NCBI GenBank assembly: GCA_031835245.2
Contig: JAVKOQ020000002.1
Coordinates: 434,001 to 498,000 of the forward strand
DNA from: Balamuthia mandrillaris
Lineage: Eukaryota
Direction of reading: 5' to 3'
DNA length: 64,000 nt
Shown: positions 25,301-41,662 of the stretch, piece after piece
How positions within the stretch are numbered: the stretch's first letter is position 1
Layout of the letters: each line of letters begins with the position of its first letter
Translations under genes and position numbers: made by a program
The notes under the pieces: generated by a model
Seen by the model: the letters and a program-made list of their open reading frames with translations, nothing else
What the model was told of the DNA's origin: nothing
Databases searched by the model: none

Positions 25301-27102
25301 CGTTATATCAGTTGTGGTGGTTGTTTTGTTTACTGTGTTACAGGTAAAGATTGCCTCCTGTTGTTTTCTGTTGTTTCTCTTTCCCCTTGTTGATGCCTTT
25401 CTTTTGAAGATCAAGGAGATGTCCTTGCCTACGCAGTAAATCTATTACAGGGCAACGGAGGCGATACTAGACTCTCCTCCTCTGGCAAGCTCATCATTCG
25501 CAAGAGACGAAGCACAGGCAAACAACCGGCACAACTTGCGGCGTCAAGGAAGGCCAGTCAGCCCGCACCAAGTTCTTCTTCTGCCTCTCAGGAAGCAGAG
25601 AAAGAAGTTCTGTCGTCTTCCATCAAAAGAAGCCCCTCCCAACCGATGTTGTCTTCTCTTGCCAACGCTTCGAAAGGAAACTATACGGTTTCTTCGCTCT
25701 CGTTCTTACCGTTTATACCAAAGGTGGATGATATAGTAGCCCTTAGAAATATTCGAACCATCAGTGCAAATGACAATCATGTGCTTTTCATGTTTGGTAT
25801 GCCGTTTTTATTTTACCATTGATGCGTTTGTTTTTCTAAATTTTTCTCGCATGAATTAAGATGAACAACGTTCGCGGCGAGATACAATGGCATGGGACCT
25901 GTTGAAATCAGAAAGGAGTTATGTGCGAATGCTAAACATCATTGTCAAAGTAATTGCTCTCATTCATGCTGTTATCGTTTGTTTTTGTTTTTGAAGGAAA
26001 CTAATCATTTTTCTTTTGTTAGATATTCTACAAACCGCTTTTAAGTAAGATAACAGAAAGTTCTGCTCACAACTTCCAAACTGTCACACTAGACTTGGCA
26101 GAGGCCATTTTCAGCAACGTGGAGGAAATACTGCTGTTTCAACGGAAGCTGCTTAATCAATTGGACTGTTGTTTGCGCAATTGGGCCGCGCCTCAGTTCC
26201 AGCTCTTGGGAAACGTGTTTGTAGATATGGTTCGTTTTGGATAGCTAAATTTCTTACTTATCATTTAACCTTTGTTTTTTCCTGTTTGTGTTTCTGTTTA
26301 CTCTGAATTATACAGAAAGATATGCTTCCTTTGTACACTAGGTATTGTGCTAACACAGCGAATGCTCTTTCCACACTGCAAACCTGTTGCACCAATCGTT
26401 CCTTCATTTCCTATTTACAAGTACGTTGTTTAACCATTTCTAATATTGTAAGCACTTTTCTTTCTAAACTCATTTTCTTCTTCTCAAAAGGAATGTGAAA
26501 AAGAAGCTGCCACTTATAGAAAAGTGGAAGATGGAGGAAGAGATCTCTCTTTAGGTTCGCTTATAATGGAACCTACAATCCGAATCCACAAATACCTTTC
26601 CTATTTCAAAGTATATTTGTTTTCTCTTCTCTCCTCTCTTCTCTCCCCTATCTCTCTTCTTTCTTACTCTTTTATATTATAGGAAATACTTGCAACAACA
26701 CCACAAAACCATCCTGACTATGCCAACTTGCAAACTTTTGAACTGCACCTGATACAAATAGTCAAAAAGCTGGACGATGATCAGAACCAAAATGAGTACA
26801 TGCATCTCGTTGCTGGTATCAAAGGCCTTAAAGTATAACCACTTCTCTCCTCTCAGTTATTTTTCTACTCATGAAAAACTCATCACTTTGTTATCAGCAA
26901 TTGATGCAGCCTTCACGGAAGTACGTGGCCAAAATACCAATAACAGTGCTTTTAGTCCCACCAATGGAGGGACAGGACCGCTCTCTCCTTCTGTACAATG
27001 ACCTTCTCTGTATATGCTCCAAGACTCAGCTCGAGCATCAATTGCCATTAAAGCATCTCTGGATCAAAACGAAGACTCCTGTCAAAGAAAATACATGTTT
27101 GT

Positions 27103-27133
<31 letters not shown>

Positions 27134-27933
27134 TTCGTTCTCGCCTTAACCACTTTGGAAACCGTTTTAAAGCAACGTCGTTCACGTTGATAGGACCGGA
27201 AAAAGTGTTGGTGGTTGCAGCACACACCGAACAAATCAAACATTCATTTTTGAGCGCAATTCAAATACGATTGGAACAACTATTGGGAAAGTCTGACTTT
27301 GGTATGGCTTTCTTCCTATCGCTTCTTGTTTTAAAGTTTACTTTATTCACAGTATTTGTAAACATTATAGATGTTGGAAACGACATTCGTGATTTTGAAT
27401 ACACGTTCGCCAATGGAGCAACGTATAAAGGACAATGGCAAGCTGGCAAGTTTCATGGCAAAGGCACCTTCATCAAGACCAACACAGAGTCCTACGAGGG
27501 TGAGTGGGCGCATGGCAAACGACAAGGCTATGGCGTTTATACAAAGAAAGACAGTCGCTTTGAGGGTCATTGGAAGAAAGACAAAAGACGTAAGTGTTTA
27601 TCTTTTGTTATTTCTCTATATGACTGATGCTAAAAACGTGATGATAATAGATGGACAAGGAGTGCAGCATTATCACCCTAGTACTGGTTTTACAAAGTAT
27701 GTAGGCTATTGGGTCGATGATAAACGCAATGACGAGGTACATTTTTTAGTCTTTTCCTTAATATCATATTCGTTATTGACACTCAAAATGCAACAAAAGG
27801 GGTACTTATATTTTGAAAACGGAAATATTTTTGTATGTAAGTGGAACATGGGAGCAGTAACCATGCCCTGCACTCTTATCTATGCCAACGGCGATAGATA
27901 TGTGGGCTCTTGGCAAAACAAACAAGTAAAGCT

Positions 27934-27967
<34 letters not shown>

Positions 27968-30430
27968 CTGCCTCTTATTCCATTTTTTTTCTCCAACCAG
28001 CCACAAGGATATGGTATCAAAACATATGCGTCGCACGAAACATATTATGGCAGTTGGGCACAAGGCGTGGTATGAAGTTGTTTTATGTTTTACTTTTTTT
28101 TTTGTAATACGCCTACTCATTTTCCGAGTCTATAAATTACAGCGGTCAGGTTTGGGTTTTCTTCGGTTAGTGGATGGCACGATCTACAATGGAGAGTGGG
28201 TCAACAGTACGTTTGCCTCAGCTTTCTTTCTCTCTTGCGTTGCTGCTTGATTTCTTCTTGTTAATAACATCATTGTTATTCCTTGTGTAGATCGGATACA
28301 GGGAAAAGGCCACTTGCTTGTACCTAATAAATATGTAATCGAGGGACGGTTTGCTGGAGAGAACTTGGACCGACTCGACATTTCTGGCGGAACCTGGATG
28401 AAGTCTATTCCTAGAGATATAGAGTAACCTTCTTTTCTTCTAGTTTTGTCATTCTTTGTTGTCCCTCTCCCTCTCCCTCCCTCTCCCTCTCTCTCTCTTC
28501 CTAGGGAAGCTTTATTGACCCCTATTTTTAAAGAGAACTCAACATGGAAAAATGGAACAATTTCTTTGTTGTAAACTTCGAACGTGATGTGAAGAACGAA
28601 GCAGCCAAACGTTTAGATGAATTCTTTCGAGAATTACTAAAAACAACAACAAAGAATGCGGATGAGGCTGGCATGTATGCCATTCTCAATGCATCGAAAA
28701 ATATTTTGAGGTTTTTTTGTCCTCTCTTGGCTTTCTCTCTTTGCTTCTATTTCCTAATTTATGCTTTTATTTCTGTGAATAAGCAGCAACACATCACATC
28801 CACTAGGTGCAGTGGTTCAATCCTTTGTGGACCTCTTTTCAGCCAACTATGGAATGCTGGAAGAGGCCTACAAATGCTTCACTGACGTTCTGGATGATGC
28901 TCACTCCTTCATTGAAAGTCTTGTACATAACATGATGGTGATTTATTCCACTTTTGCAGAACTGGAGGAGGGCTATCAGTGGTGCACGCGAGCTGTGGAG
29001 ACAACAGTATACGCGAAGCTGTATCCTACTCTCTTTTCTTTATTCAAGATGAAAGTAATTTCTCTCTCTCTCTCTCTCTCTCTCTGCTTGGATTGAATAC
29101 TCACCATATTCTTTTTTAGCATATTCATGATGATAAAGAAATGGTTCGAAAGTTGGAACGGTTACGCAAGTTGCCGCTCGACCAACAATTCGTGATGTTA
29201 GAAATGGATGCCAATCTTTTAACCATGTTCCACCTTCACCCAAACCAACAACAACAATCTTCGAATCGTAAACAAAAAAGTCGCAGCAGAAGCTTTACGG
29301 ATTCTACTCCTCCAACTAGAAAAACCTCTTTCTCTGCTCTTTCTGTTTCTACTTCTGCATTGACGAGCAACAAAGGACAACTGCTAACGAGAGAACGATC
29401 TTCTTCCACAATTGGCAACAATAACAACATACAAAGAGAAACAACTGGCCGCATGTCAACAAGCCCTATTTCCGAAGAAGAACTTCTTTCTGTTTCCGCA
29501 AATGCCAATATTCAAAGTGAGCAAGACGAAGAAGAAAACTCATCAGCATCGTCGTCAAGTTCATCATCTTCATCAGAAACTACATCTTTTAGTACTGTAC
29601 GTAACTCTAAGGGAGAGATGTTGCCCTTTCAAGCGGCGATAAGAGCGATGAGCAAGATGGCTTTGCTTCGTAGCCCAGAAGAGAAGCTCAACCAGATTCT
29701 TTTGGCTTCTAAAGAGATCGAACATCAGACCGGTGCACCCACCTCCTAGTACGTCTTCTGTTTTTTTCTTTCTCTTTGCTCGTTCCTTCTTATTACTTAA
29801 ACCTCTTAACGTTGCGTTCCGTTTTTGATTATTCTAGTGGAGCAGATGAGCTTCTTCCAATCCTTTGCTTTGTTCTAACCCACGCAAAACTGCCTTATTT
29901 GGCCTCCGAGCTGAGTTATATCGACGAGTTTATGCACAAGAGTCTCCGGTTCGAGATCCAAGGTTGCATTCTTACCCATTTGCAGGTCTCTATGGAGTTC
30001 CTTCGGTCTTTGCGCTTTGAGGAGTACGTTCTTCACCATATTCTTTATCCTAGCTCCTCTACTTCTTCTCTTCTCTTCTCTCTCCTCTCTCCTCTCTTCT
30101 CTCGGCTCTCGTCTCTCCAGACGAACATGTGTTGAACAAAAACAAAACAGTGAAATAGAAAATTCTCCGGAAGAGGAAGAAGCAACACCAAACGAAACAC
30201 CAGAATCCGAAGAAGGCACAACACTAAGCGAAGATTTAGAGGAGGAAGATCATTCGTACGAAGCTCATCGTTCTCACCGGCTCATCCTTCAACCAGCGGA
30301 GCACAATTCTTCAACTTCTTCCTCCAGCAACATCAGCCACAACAACAGCTCCAACGATTCATTTTATGGAGACAACGAAGGAAGCGACAGCAGCAACGAG
30401 AGTTGGTTTGCTGATGCGCTTTCCAAATGA
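22377..30430 (+). CDS. Alsin (ALS2)-like GEF: RCC1 repeats - DH - PH - MORN repeats - VPS9, many exons
   Basis: RCC1: VAVGTYHMCCLT, WGCNKHGQCGLG, IACGEHHTCCITSEGDLFVFGSSDFGQLGLG. DH: DLLKSERSYVRML, IFSNVEEI, EPTIRIHKY, TPQNHPDY. PH: LLLYNDLL, LPLKHLWI, LIGPEK. MORN: YKGQWQAGKFHGKG, YEGEWAHGKRQGYG. VPS9: SPEEKL, GADELLPILCFVL. Confidence 0.88.
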
Positions 30431-30503
30431 TCGTCACGACGGAGAATAACTTTTATACAAGTTGGAAGAACATAGGCAAAAAAACGCACGCGTAAATGTT
30501 GTT

Positions 30504-31739
30504 TCAAGACATGGTATCACCTTCCTCCGCCTCTTCCGAATCCTCCAGGTCCTCCTGCGCCACAAAGTAAAAGTTGACAAAGCTGGTCTGCTCCTCGCTG
30601 TGGAACAGGTGTTGCAAGTTCAGGACGCCCCGCTCATTCATTCGCACCTGCGTCTTCGCGGCCAGCGCCAAAGCCTTCACCGTCGGCTGCAACAGCTTCA
30701 GCTTGTAGCTGAAGACCTGCGTTTGGGTGCAGTTGAAGCCCTCAAAGACCTCAGAGTCCTTGGGGTAGTCCACCTGGCAGCTGCCAGAGGGGCTGGAGGT
30801 GGCCAGGCGGAAGTAGGGAGGGTCGGGAGAGAGAAGCAAGGTGAGGAGGTCGCCCGACCAGTCCAACTCGTTCAGCGCCTCTCGTAAACTTTCGGACTGT
30901 TTTCGTGAAAGAGAGTTTAGATGAGTTGAGAAGCAGAGAAGACGAGGAGCAGAGGAAGAGAAAAACCTTCATGATGACTTTGTTGAGAACAGGAGAGCTT
31001 TGAAAGTTAAAGTCGGCCACCTCGTCCGTTTCCAACGTCCGTAGGCCACAATCCGTTTGTACGCCATTCCCTTCCAACCTTGTTTTTGGTTTTGTGACAT
31101 AAAATAAGAGAGAAGAAGCTAGAAGAAGGAAGAAGGAAGAAGGAAGAAGAAGAGAGAAGAAGAAGAAGAAGGAAGAAAGAATAAAAACAAGAAAGAAAGG
31201 GGGAAAAAAAGGTAGCAACAGCAAACATACATTAGAAAAACCGGACTGCCATAGCCGCTGTACATGATCTGAAGGGCAGTGAAAGAGGAGGTCCCACCAA
31301 AGATGTTCAAGCAGTCCAACATGGTGCTGAGGTTTATCTTGAAGACGTCCTTTGTCCGCTCGCCATCGGCCGCTTCGCTTTGCTGTGAGGACTGTTGGTG
31401 TTGTTGGGAGGGGTCTTTGCGTTTGTACTCCTGAAAGAGCTCGGCCTGCAGGAAGCAAAAGCCTTGCAACACCTTGGACTCTTCCACCGTAAACGTGATT
31501 CCATTGTTCTCAATTGTGACTGTTGCTAACTGCCAAAACAAACAAACGCAATCAACCGGGTATGAATGAAAATCAGATTCCATGCTGAGGAGAGGGAAAA
31601 AAAAAGGGTTTCGTACCTGATCTTTTTTGAGATGAATGGCAGAGAGAAGGTTTGAAATGATCTTTGCATTGTCTATCTTGGCCAAAAAGTTGACTTCAAC
31701 AGCTTCCTGACTTTCCGTCTGCCCCGTCGCTGAGCTCAT
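30504..31739 (-). CDS. RAD1: 9-1-1 checkpoint clamp subunit Rad1, multi-exon
   Basis: FLAKIDNAKIISNLLSAIH, GITFTVEESKVLQGFCFLQAELFQEY, FKINLSTMLDCLNIFG, YSGYGSP, ELDWS, SPDPPYFRL, KALALAAKTQVRMNERGVLNLQH. Confidence 0.92.
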
Positions 31740-32167
31740 CTTTTCGCAACTGATCGCAGCCTTTCCTTGCTTTTCGTCCTTCTTTTTCTTTTTTGTAAAT
31801 ATTTTTTCTTGGAAAATTTTCGGTTTATTTTGTTCTTGGAAAAAATTTGTTGGAAATTTTGATCTCCCTCAGAACGGCAATGCCACTAGACAGCCAAAGC
31901 CCGGTCGAGGTCTTGCGATGATGAGCGGATGCCAATGGAGACACACGACTTGTTTTGGCATAAGGAGAGAGACATTGAAGGAGACAGACCCAAGGGTTTT
32001 AGCTATTTGCCGATAGATCATATGAACAGTTGGATGCAACAATGTCCAGGAATTCCTTTGCTGGCGCATGAGATCCACAAGCTGGCCTCCTGTTCGTCTG
32101 GTTCTTTGTCGTCTTTGCTTTATATGTGCAAATAATAAACAACGGGATGCTTCAAAAGAGAGTTTCT

Positions 32168-35100
32168 TCATTGCCCGGTCTGCATGTAGCCCACAACCCT
32201 GAGCAAAGAAAAAAAAATAACGCAGGTCAGCAAAAATAGTGGCTATTGGAAGGAGAAGAGTTATGGAGGACGTACTGGTTCTCTTGTTGTTCTTCCCAAG
32301 CTTCTTTCTTCAGCGTTTTATAATAATTCTCCAGTATGTCGCATATCTCCTCCATGCTTGGTCTTTTTTTTTTCAACAAAAAAGAAAAAAAACCCAGCAA
32401 TGAACACAAGCCAACAACGAGATAGAAAAAAAAAAACGAAAGGGATAGACAAAGGCACAGTAAGACAGAACGTACCTTTGTTTGGGATCAGTCTGCCAGC
32501 ATCGTTCCAACAACTCTTTCATCACTTCATCTTCATTCTCTCGAATCGGCAAACGCTCATCTTCGCAACAGAGAAAAACATGAGAAACATGATACACCCA
32601 AAACTACGGGAAGCAAATATAACAGCTCAAAGCAACAGCAACAGAACAACAACCAAACTGCTGACAAACAAAACAAACCATCGTGCATCACTTTGTGAGC
32701 AACATAATTGGCGTCCTTGTCGTCCCAAGGCTTCTGTCTGGTGCAGAGCTCCCACAAGAACACGCCAAAGGAAAAACTGTCCGTTTCTTTGCTGTATTCG
32801 TAGTTCTTGAACGCTTCTGGTGCCATCCACTGCAAGAGGTTAAAAAAAATAGAAAGGGAGATAATTGAAACAAAGTAGAAAGAAGAGAAAAGGAGACCTT
32901 GATAGCGCCAATGTTGCTTTTGGTGGTTTGATACATCTTCTCCAGCACTCGCGACATCCCAAAGTCTCCCACCACTGCTTTGTAGTTCTGACACACCAAG
33001 ATGTTTCTTGCTGCGATGTCTGTTCATCCATCCAAGAACACAAAACAAGAAATAAGAACAGGAAGGGAGGAAAGAAACAAGAACATGAAGGAAAACAAAC
33101 CTCGATGAACAACGTTCAAAGAATGGAGATAACGAAGACCTCTGGCTGCATCACGCGCAATCTTCACCACCGCCAACCATGGGACATCCTCTCTTTTCGT
33201 CTTTGAGTTGATGAGCAGGTCGTAGGCCGATCCATGTTCAGCCCATTCCGTGATGAGGCACATTCGTTTGCCTTTCCTCATCACTCCGAACAATGTGGTG
33301 CAGTGATGCTTCTTGCCTCCCAGTTGGCTTTTGCGGAAGAATGTAAGTGTTGACCCTGAGCAACTCTAGCAAACAAACACCAGGAAGAACGAGGAAAACA
33401 ACAGCAAAAGGGGGAAGAGGAAAACAAACTGCATCATTTCAGCTTCCTTGATGAACTCTTGACGCATCTCTGCATCCACAATGATGGCACTGCACACCTT
33501 CACCGCACACTCTTTCCCTTTCCACTTCCCTTTGTACACCACTCCAAATGCTCCGCTGGCCACAGGATCTTTGCAGTACTCCACTTCTTCTTTTCTTATC
33601 TTTGGCACCGAACTGTCCGCCAGCTCTTCATCCTCCTCCTCCTCCTCCTCATCTTCACCATCTTCCTCATCGTCGCCATTTCTGTGGAGATACTTTGCTT
33701 CTTCCATTTCTGTGATGTCACCTTTGCCCATCTTCAAAGTTTGTGTTTTCTTTCTTCTCTTCTGTCTGCGAATGATGAAGAAGAAAGCAGCAGCCAGGAT
33801 GATCAGAAGAAGCAGGAACACCACCACTGAAACCACCACTGCCACCACAACATTGTTGTCATCTGAGTCTTCATCATCAATTCGCATGGAAGAGGAAGAA
33901 GAAGCAGAGGAAGACGCAGAGTCCGAAGAAATGGTGAAGACCGCTTCCAAGAGGTTGCCATTCCTGCGAAGAGAGACCTCCCACGAGGGGTCTGCACTGG
34001 AATTCTGCCTTTTGGACAGGGAGTCGCTGAACACCACCTCCACCCTGGCACTCTCGAAGGAACACTCCGATGAACTCCACTCTTTTTCCAAGATCACAGG
34101 AATGGCTGTTTCATTGCTGATCTCCACATTGCTTCCCACCTCGATCTCCACCGTGCCTGCTCATCATGAACCATATGCTCCATCAACCACAAGTCTCTTT
34201 GCATGAAACCAGAGAAGAGCCAGAGAAGAACAGACAGAGAAAGCAAAGAGGAAGGGAAAGGAAGGACGTAAGGAAGGAAGGAAATGAACCAGCGTTCTCC
34301 CACACATTTCGCTTCTCCTCCTTCTCCGTCTCCTCCTTTTCCTGCCAAGAACTCCATCAACAAGAGGTCCTCCTCACACTCTCCGTGCAAGTCGCTGGCA
34401 AACACGAACACTCCACCGATGATGGGAGACCCACCAGGCTCTGCTGGTGCGCCATAGGTGATTCCCGGTTGGTTGCTTTGGTCCTTGGGAGCTCCCACCA
34501 CGAAGATGCCCTTGTGAAAGTCCACCACTTTCCAACTGGGGTTGGAGGCCCTGAATGTGGCCATCCTCTGCCACTCGGCTGTGGAGGAGGTCTCAGCGTT
34601 GGTTCGCTGGAAGGCCAAAGCAGCTCCAATGGAGAAGCCGACGGTGCAGTTGAGGTCCTCAAAGTGCACGCCTGGGGCCAGCACATCGCTTTGGAAGGCA
34701 GATGCTCCTGCAAAGAACAGGTCCTCCTCCACCACGATCTTGTTCCTGGCAAAGTTCACCGGAGCGCCTCCGCAGGTCTCATCCATGGACAGCCGCTCCT
34801 CTCTCTTCCATTGCTGGGTGGTGGCGTTCCTCACGAAGACGTAGGCCTCTTCTGCCCCAAGGTCTTCGAAATTGCCAACCACCGCAATGTCTCCGTGCAG
34901 AGCCACCGTGGCGCCGAACTGAGAGGTGCAAACGGGAGGCTTCAGCATGGCTTGCTGCTGCCATTCCACCTTTCCGCTCGTTTCATTCAAGCTTCGAACG
35001 AAGACATATGCGGCCCCGCAATTCGGGGAGGAGCCTACTGGAACGGGTGGGGGATGTCCTTGGATGGGTTCGTCGCTGGCGTTGGAGCCCTCGGTAGGAG

Positions 35101-36012
35101 CTCCCACAATGATGGTGTCTCCATCAGCAGCCAAGGCATTGCCGAAACTGGAGCCAACGTAGCTTGACCAATATGGTTTGAGCACTGCCTCAGTGCTCCA
35201 AAGAACCTCTTCCGCTGTTTGTTCTCTACGATAGACCACAATGGCACCGAATGGTGGGTCCGGTTCTGGCCCTGGGCTTGGTAACTCCACAAGAGAAGCG
35301 TTGTAGCGTTCTAGGTATTCGTCCAGAGTAAAAATCCCTTCCATGTTGGTGTTGTCGCTGACCGGCACCAAGATCGTTCCGCCGTCGTCCAAAGAGGCCG
35401 TTCTGCCTCCGGTGTTTGACTGGGCCCTGGCAACCGGCGGCCCCAACAACGCTTCTAACTTCCATTCTTGTTTTTCTTTGTTCCGAACAAACACGCACAC
35501 CGAGCCTGAAGCGGCGAGCAGGTGGTCTTCGGCAGTTTTGTTAAGCGGCCAAAGTTGGACTCCTTCAACCGGATTTTTACTGAAAGGCTGGCCAACGAGG
35601 ACCATGTTGGGGTTGACCACTTCAATGTGAAAGCCAAAAAACCCCCACTCTTCAAGAATGGGAGCCTTTAGGACAGCCTCCTGCTTCCACGTTCCCAAAG
35701 CGCCTCGTCGAAACAGCCAGGCCGCTCCCGAGAGGTACACAAAGTCGTCCGGGTCGAAGGGGGATAATCCTCTCCATTGTAGACTATTCCGGAGAAAGCG
35801 GAGCTGTCGCTCGTGCCACCCACGGCAAGGAGGTCGTGGCGGAAAGAGAGAGACGTGCCACGAAAGCCCAGGTCGGGATCCAGGTCCAGGCGAGAGGGCT
35901 TCAACAACGCTTCTTGTTGAATATACGGTTGCGCCGTCGAATCCACCAGAACCGGCGCAAGCGACAGAAGCAGCAGAAGGAAATTCGTCAGAAGAGCGCA
36001 CGTTCTTCTCAT
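32168..36012 (-). pseudogene. FG-GAP-propeller receptor (tyrosine-type) kinase, copy A; probably disrupted
   Basis: Paralog of 36535-41008. Relative to it: a 1-nt frameshift in the G5 run at ~35759-35763, a 21-nt deletion at 34530/34531 and a ~184-nt deletion near 34283 that removes a splice donor. Kinase exons are intact; last exon QVVGYMQTGQ* ends at 32168. Confidence 0.6.
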
Positions 36013-36534
36013 TTTTTTTTTGAAGAGCTCCGAATAAACTTTTTAGTCTCTCACTGGTGCTTTGCCCAGGGTACCCTTAAACACTTTATATCACCGACGA
36101 TGGATGATTAATTCCCGATAAGATGCACCCTCTCATCGGATTGGAAAGGAAGGCCTTCCGCCATATTATTATCTGTTACAGTGTGATACGGATCTTGCGT
36201 GCTTAAGGAAACCCTGACGGAGAAAAGAGGCTAAGGGAAAAGTATACTCGTGCTGACAAAACCAAGTTACATTCCCCTTTGTCTCTGTGGGAAAATACGT
36301 GGCTCCTCAATAGTTGTCTACCTTGAGTTTTACAACCAGGAATCCCACCGCCCTTCTCCGCGGCGCACTGAAAAAGTGAAGAAAGCATTATTTGTTGTCT
36401 TTTTGTTCATCATATTAAAATATTGTGTGGCGTTCAAACAAACTCCGGTAAAAAAGCCAGGGGCGTTACATATCATACATTCATATTTTGCCCCTCTTCT
36501 TTGTGTCCTGTTCCTTTCAGCCAGATATTCATGA

Positions 36535-41008
<4,474 letters not shown>

Positions 41009-41258
41009 CGTTTCTGCGGTGTGCGTTCTTTTTTATTTTTTTGCTTCGTTAGGCCAAACAACAACTTTAACTCGCTAAGAGGCGGAGTGCAGCAACGGGG
41101 GAGGAGCAATGGCAACCCGCTCTAATCTCATCGGCCGATGGGAGGCCTGAAGCTTGATTAAACAAATAACCGTAAATACTCCCCTTCTGCGAATCGGAGA
41201 GAACGTGCTTTAAGATCATTCATTAATTAAATGTGCATGTACGTCTCTCATTCTTTCT

Positions 41259-41294
<36 letters not shown>

Positions 41295-41662
41295 GCGTAC
41301 TCGTGACAAGGGCGGTTACTGGCGTCCTATTGTACTCAGGGGGCGTGTTCTGCTGGTACCGCTGGTTACCCTTTGCTGAAAGCTTCAGGGGCTCACTTTC
41401 TCCTGTTTTCGTCTTTCCATTCTTTTCTTTCTCTTGTTCTTTTAGCGTAATGCACCTGTAGGCTTGATACTCAGATGGTAGTCGGGTAGGGCAGAAACAA
41501 CGTTCCGTAAAAGATTCTGCATATTTAGGGAGGAAGGCAAGTTTTATTGCTTTCTCCATCTATCTCTTCCGTCCTTGAAAGGTTAGTTGTTTTAAAAAGC
41601 AGATTTGTACAGTCCAAGCGCGTTCTGAAGGAAGAGTGAAGGAAGATGGAAGGATCCCATCC

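Noticed and set aside
20670..31739. DNA-repair cluster (UNG and RAD1)
   Set aside because: Separated by an unrelated 8-kb gene; chance proximity in a gene-dense genome.
31869..32171. Small ORFs between RAD1 and receptor copy A
   Set aside because: No recognisable motif; overlaps the probable 3' UTR and promoter. A degraded gene or element remnant cannot be excluded.
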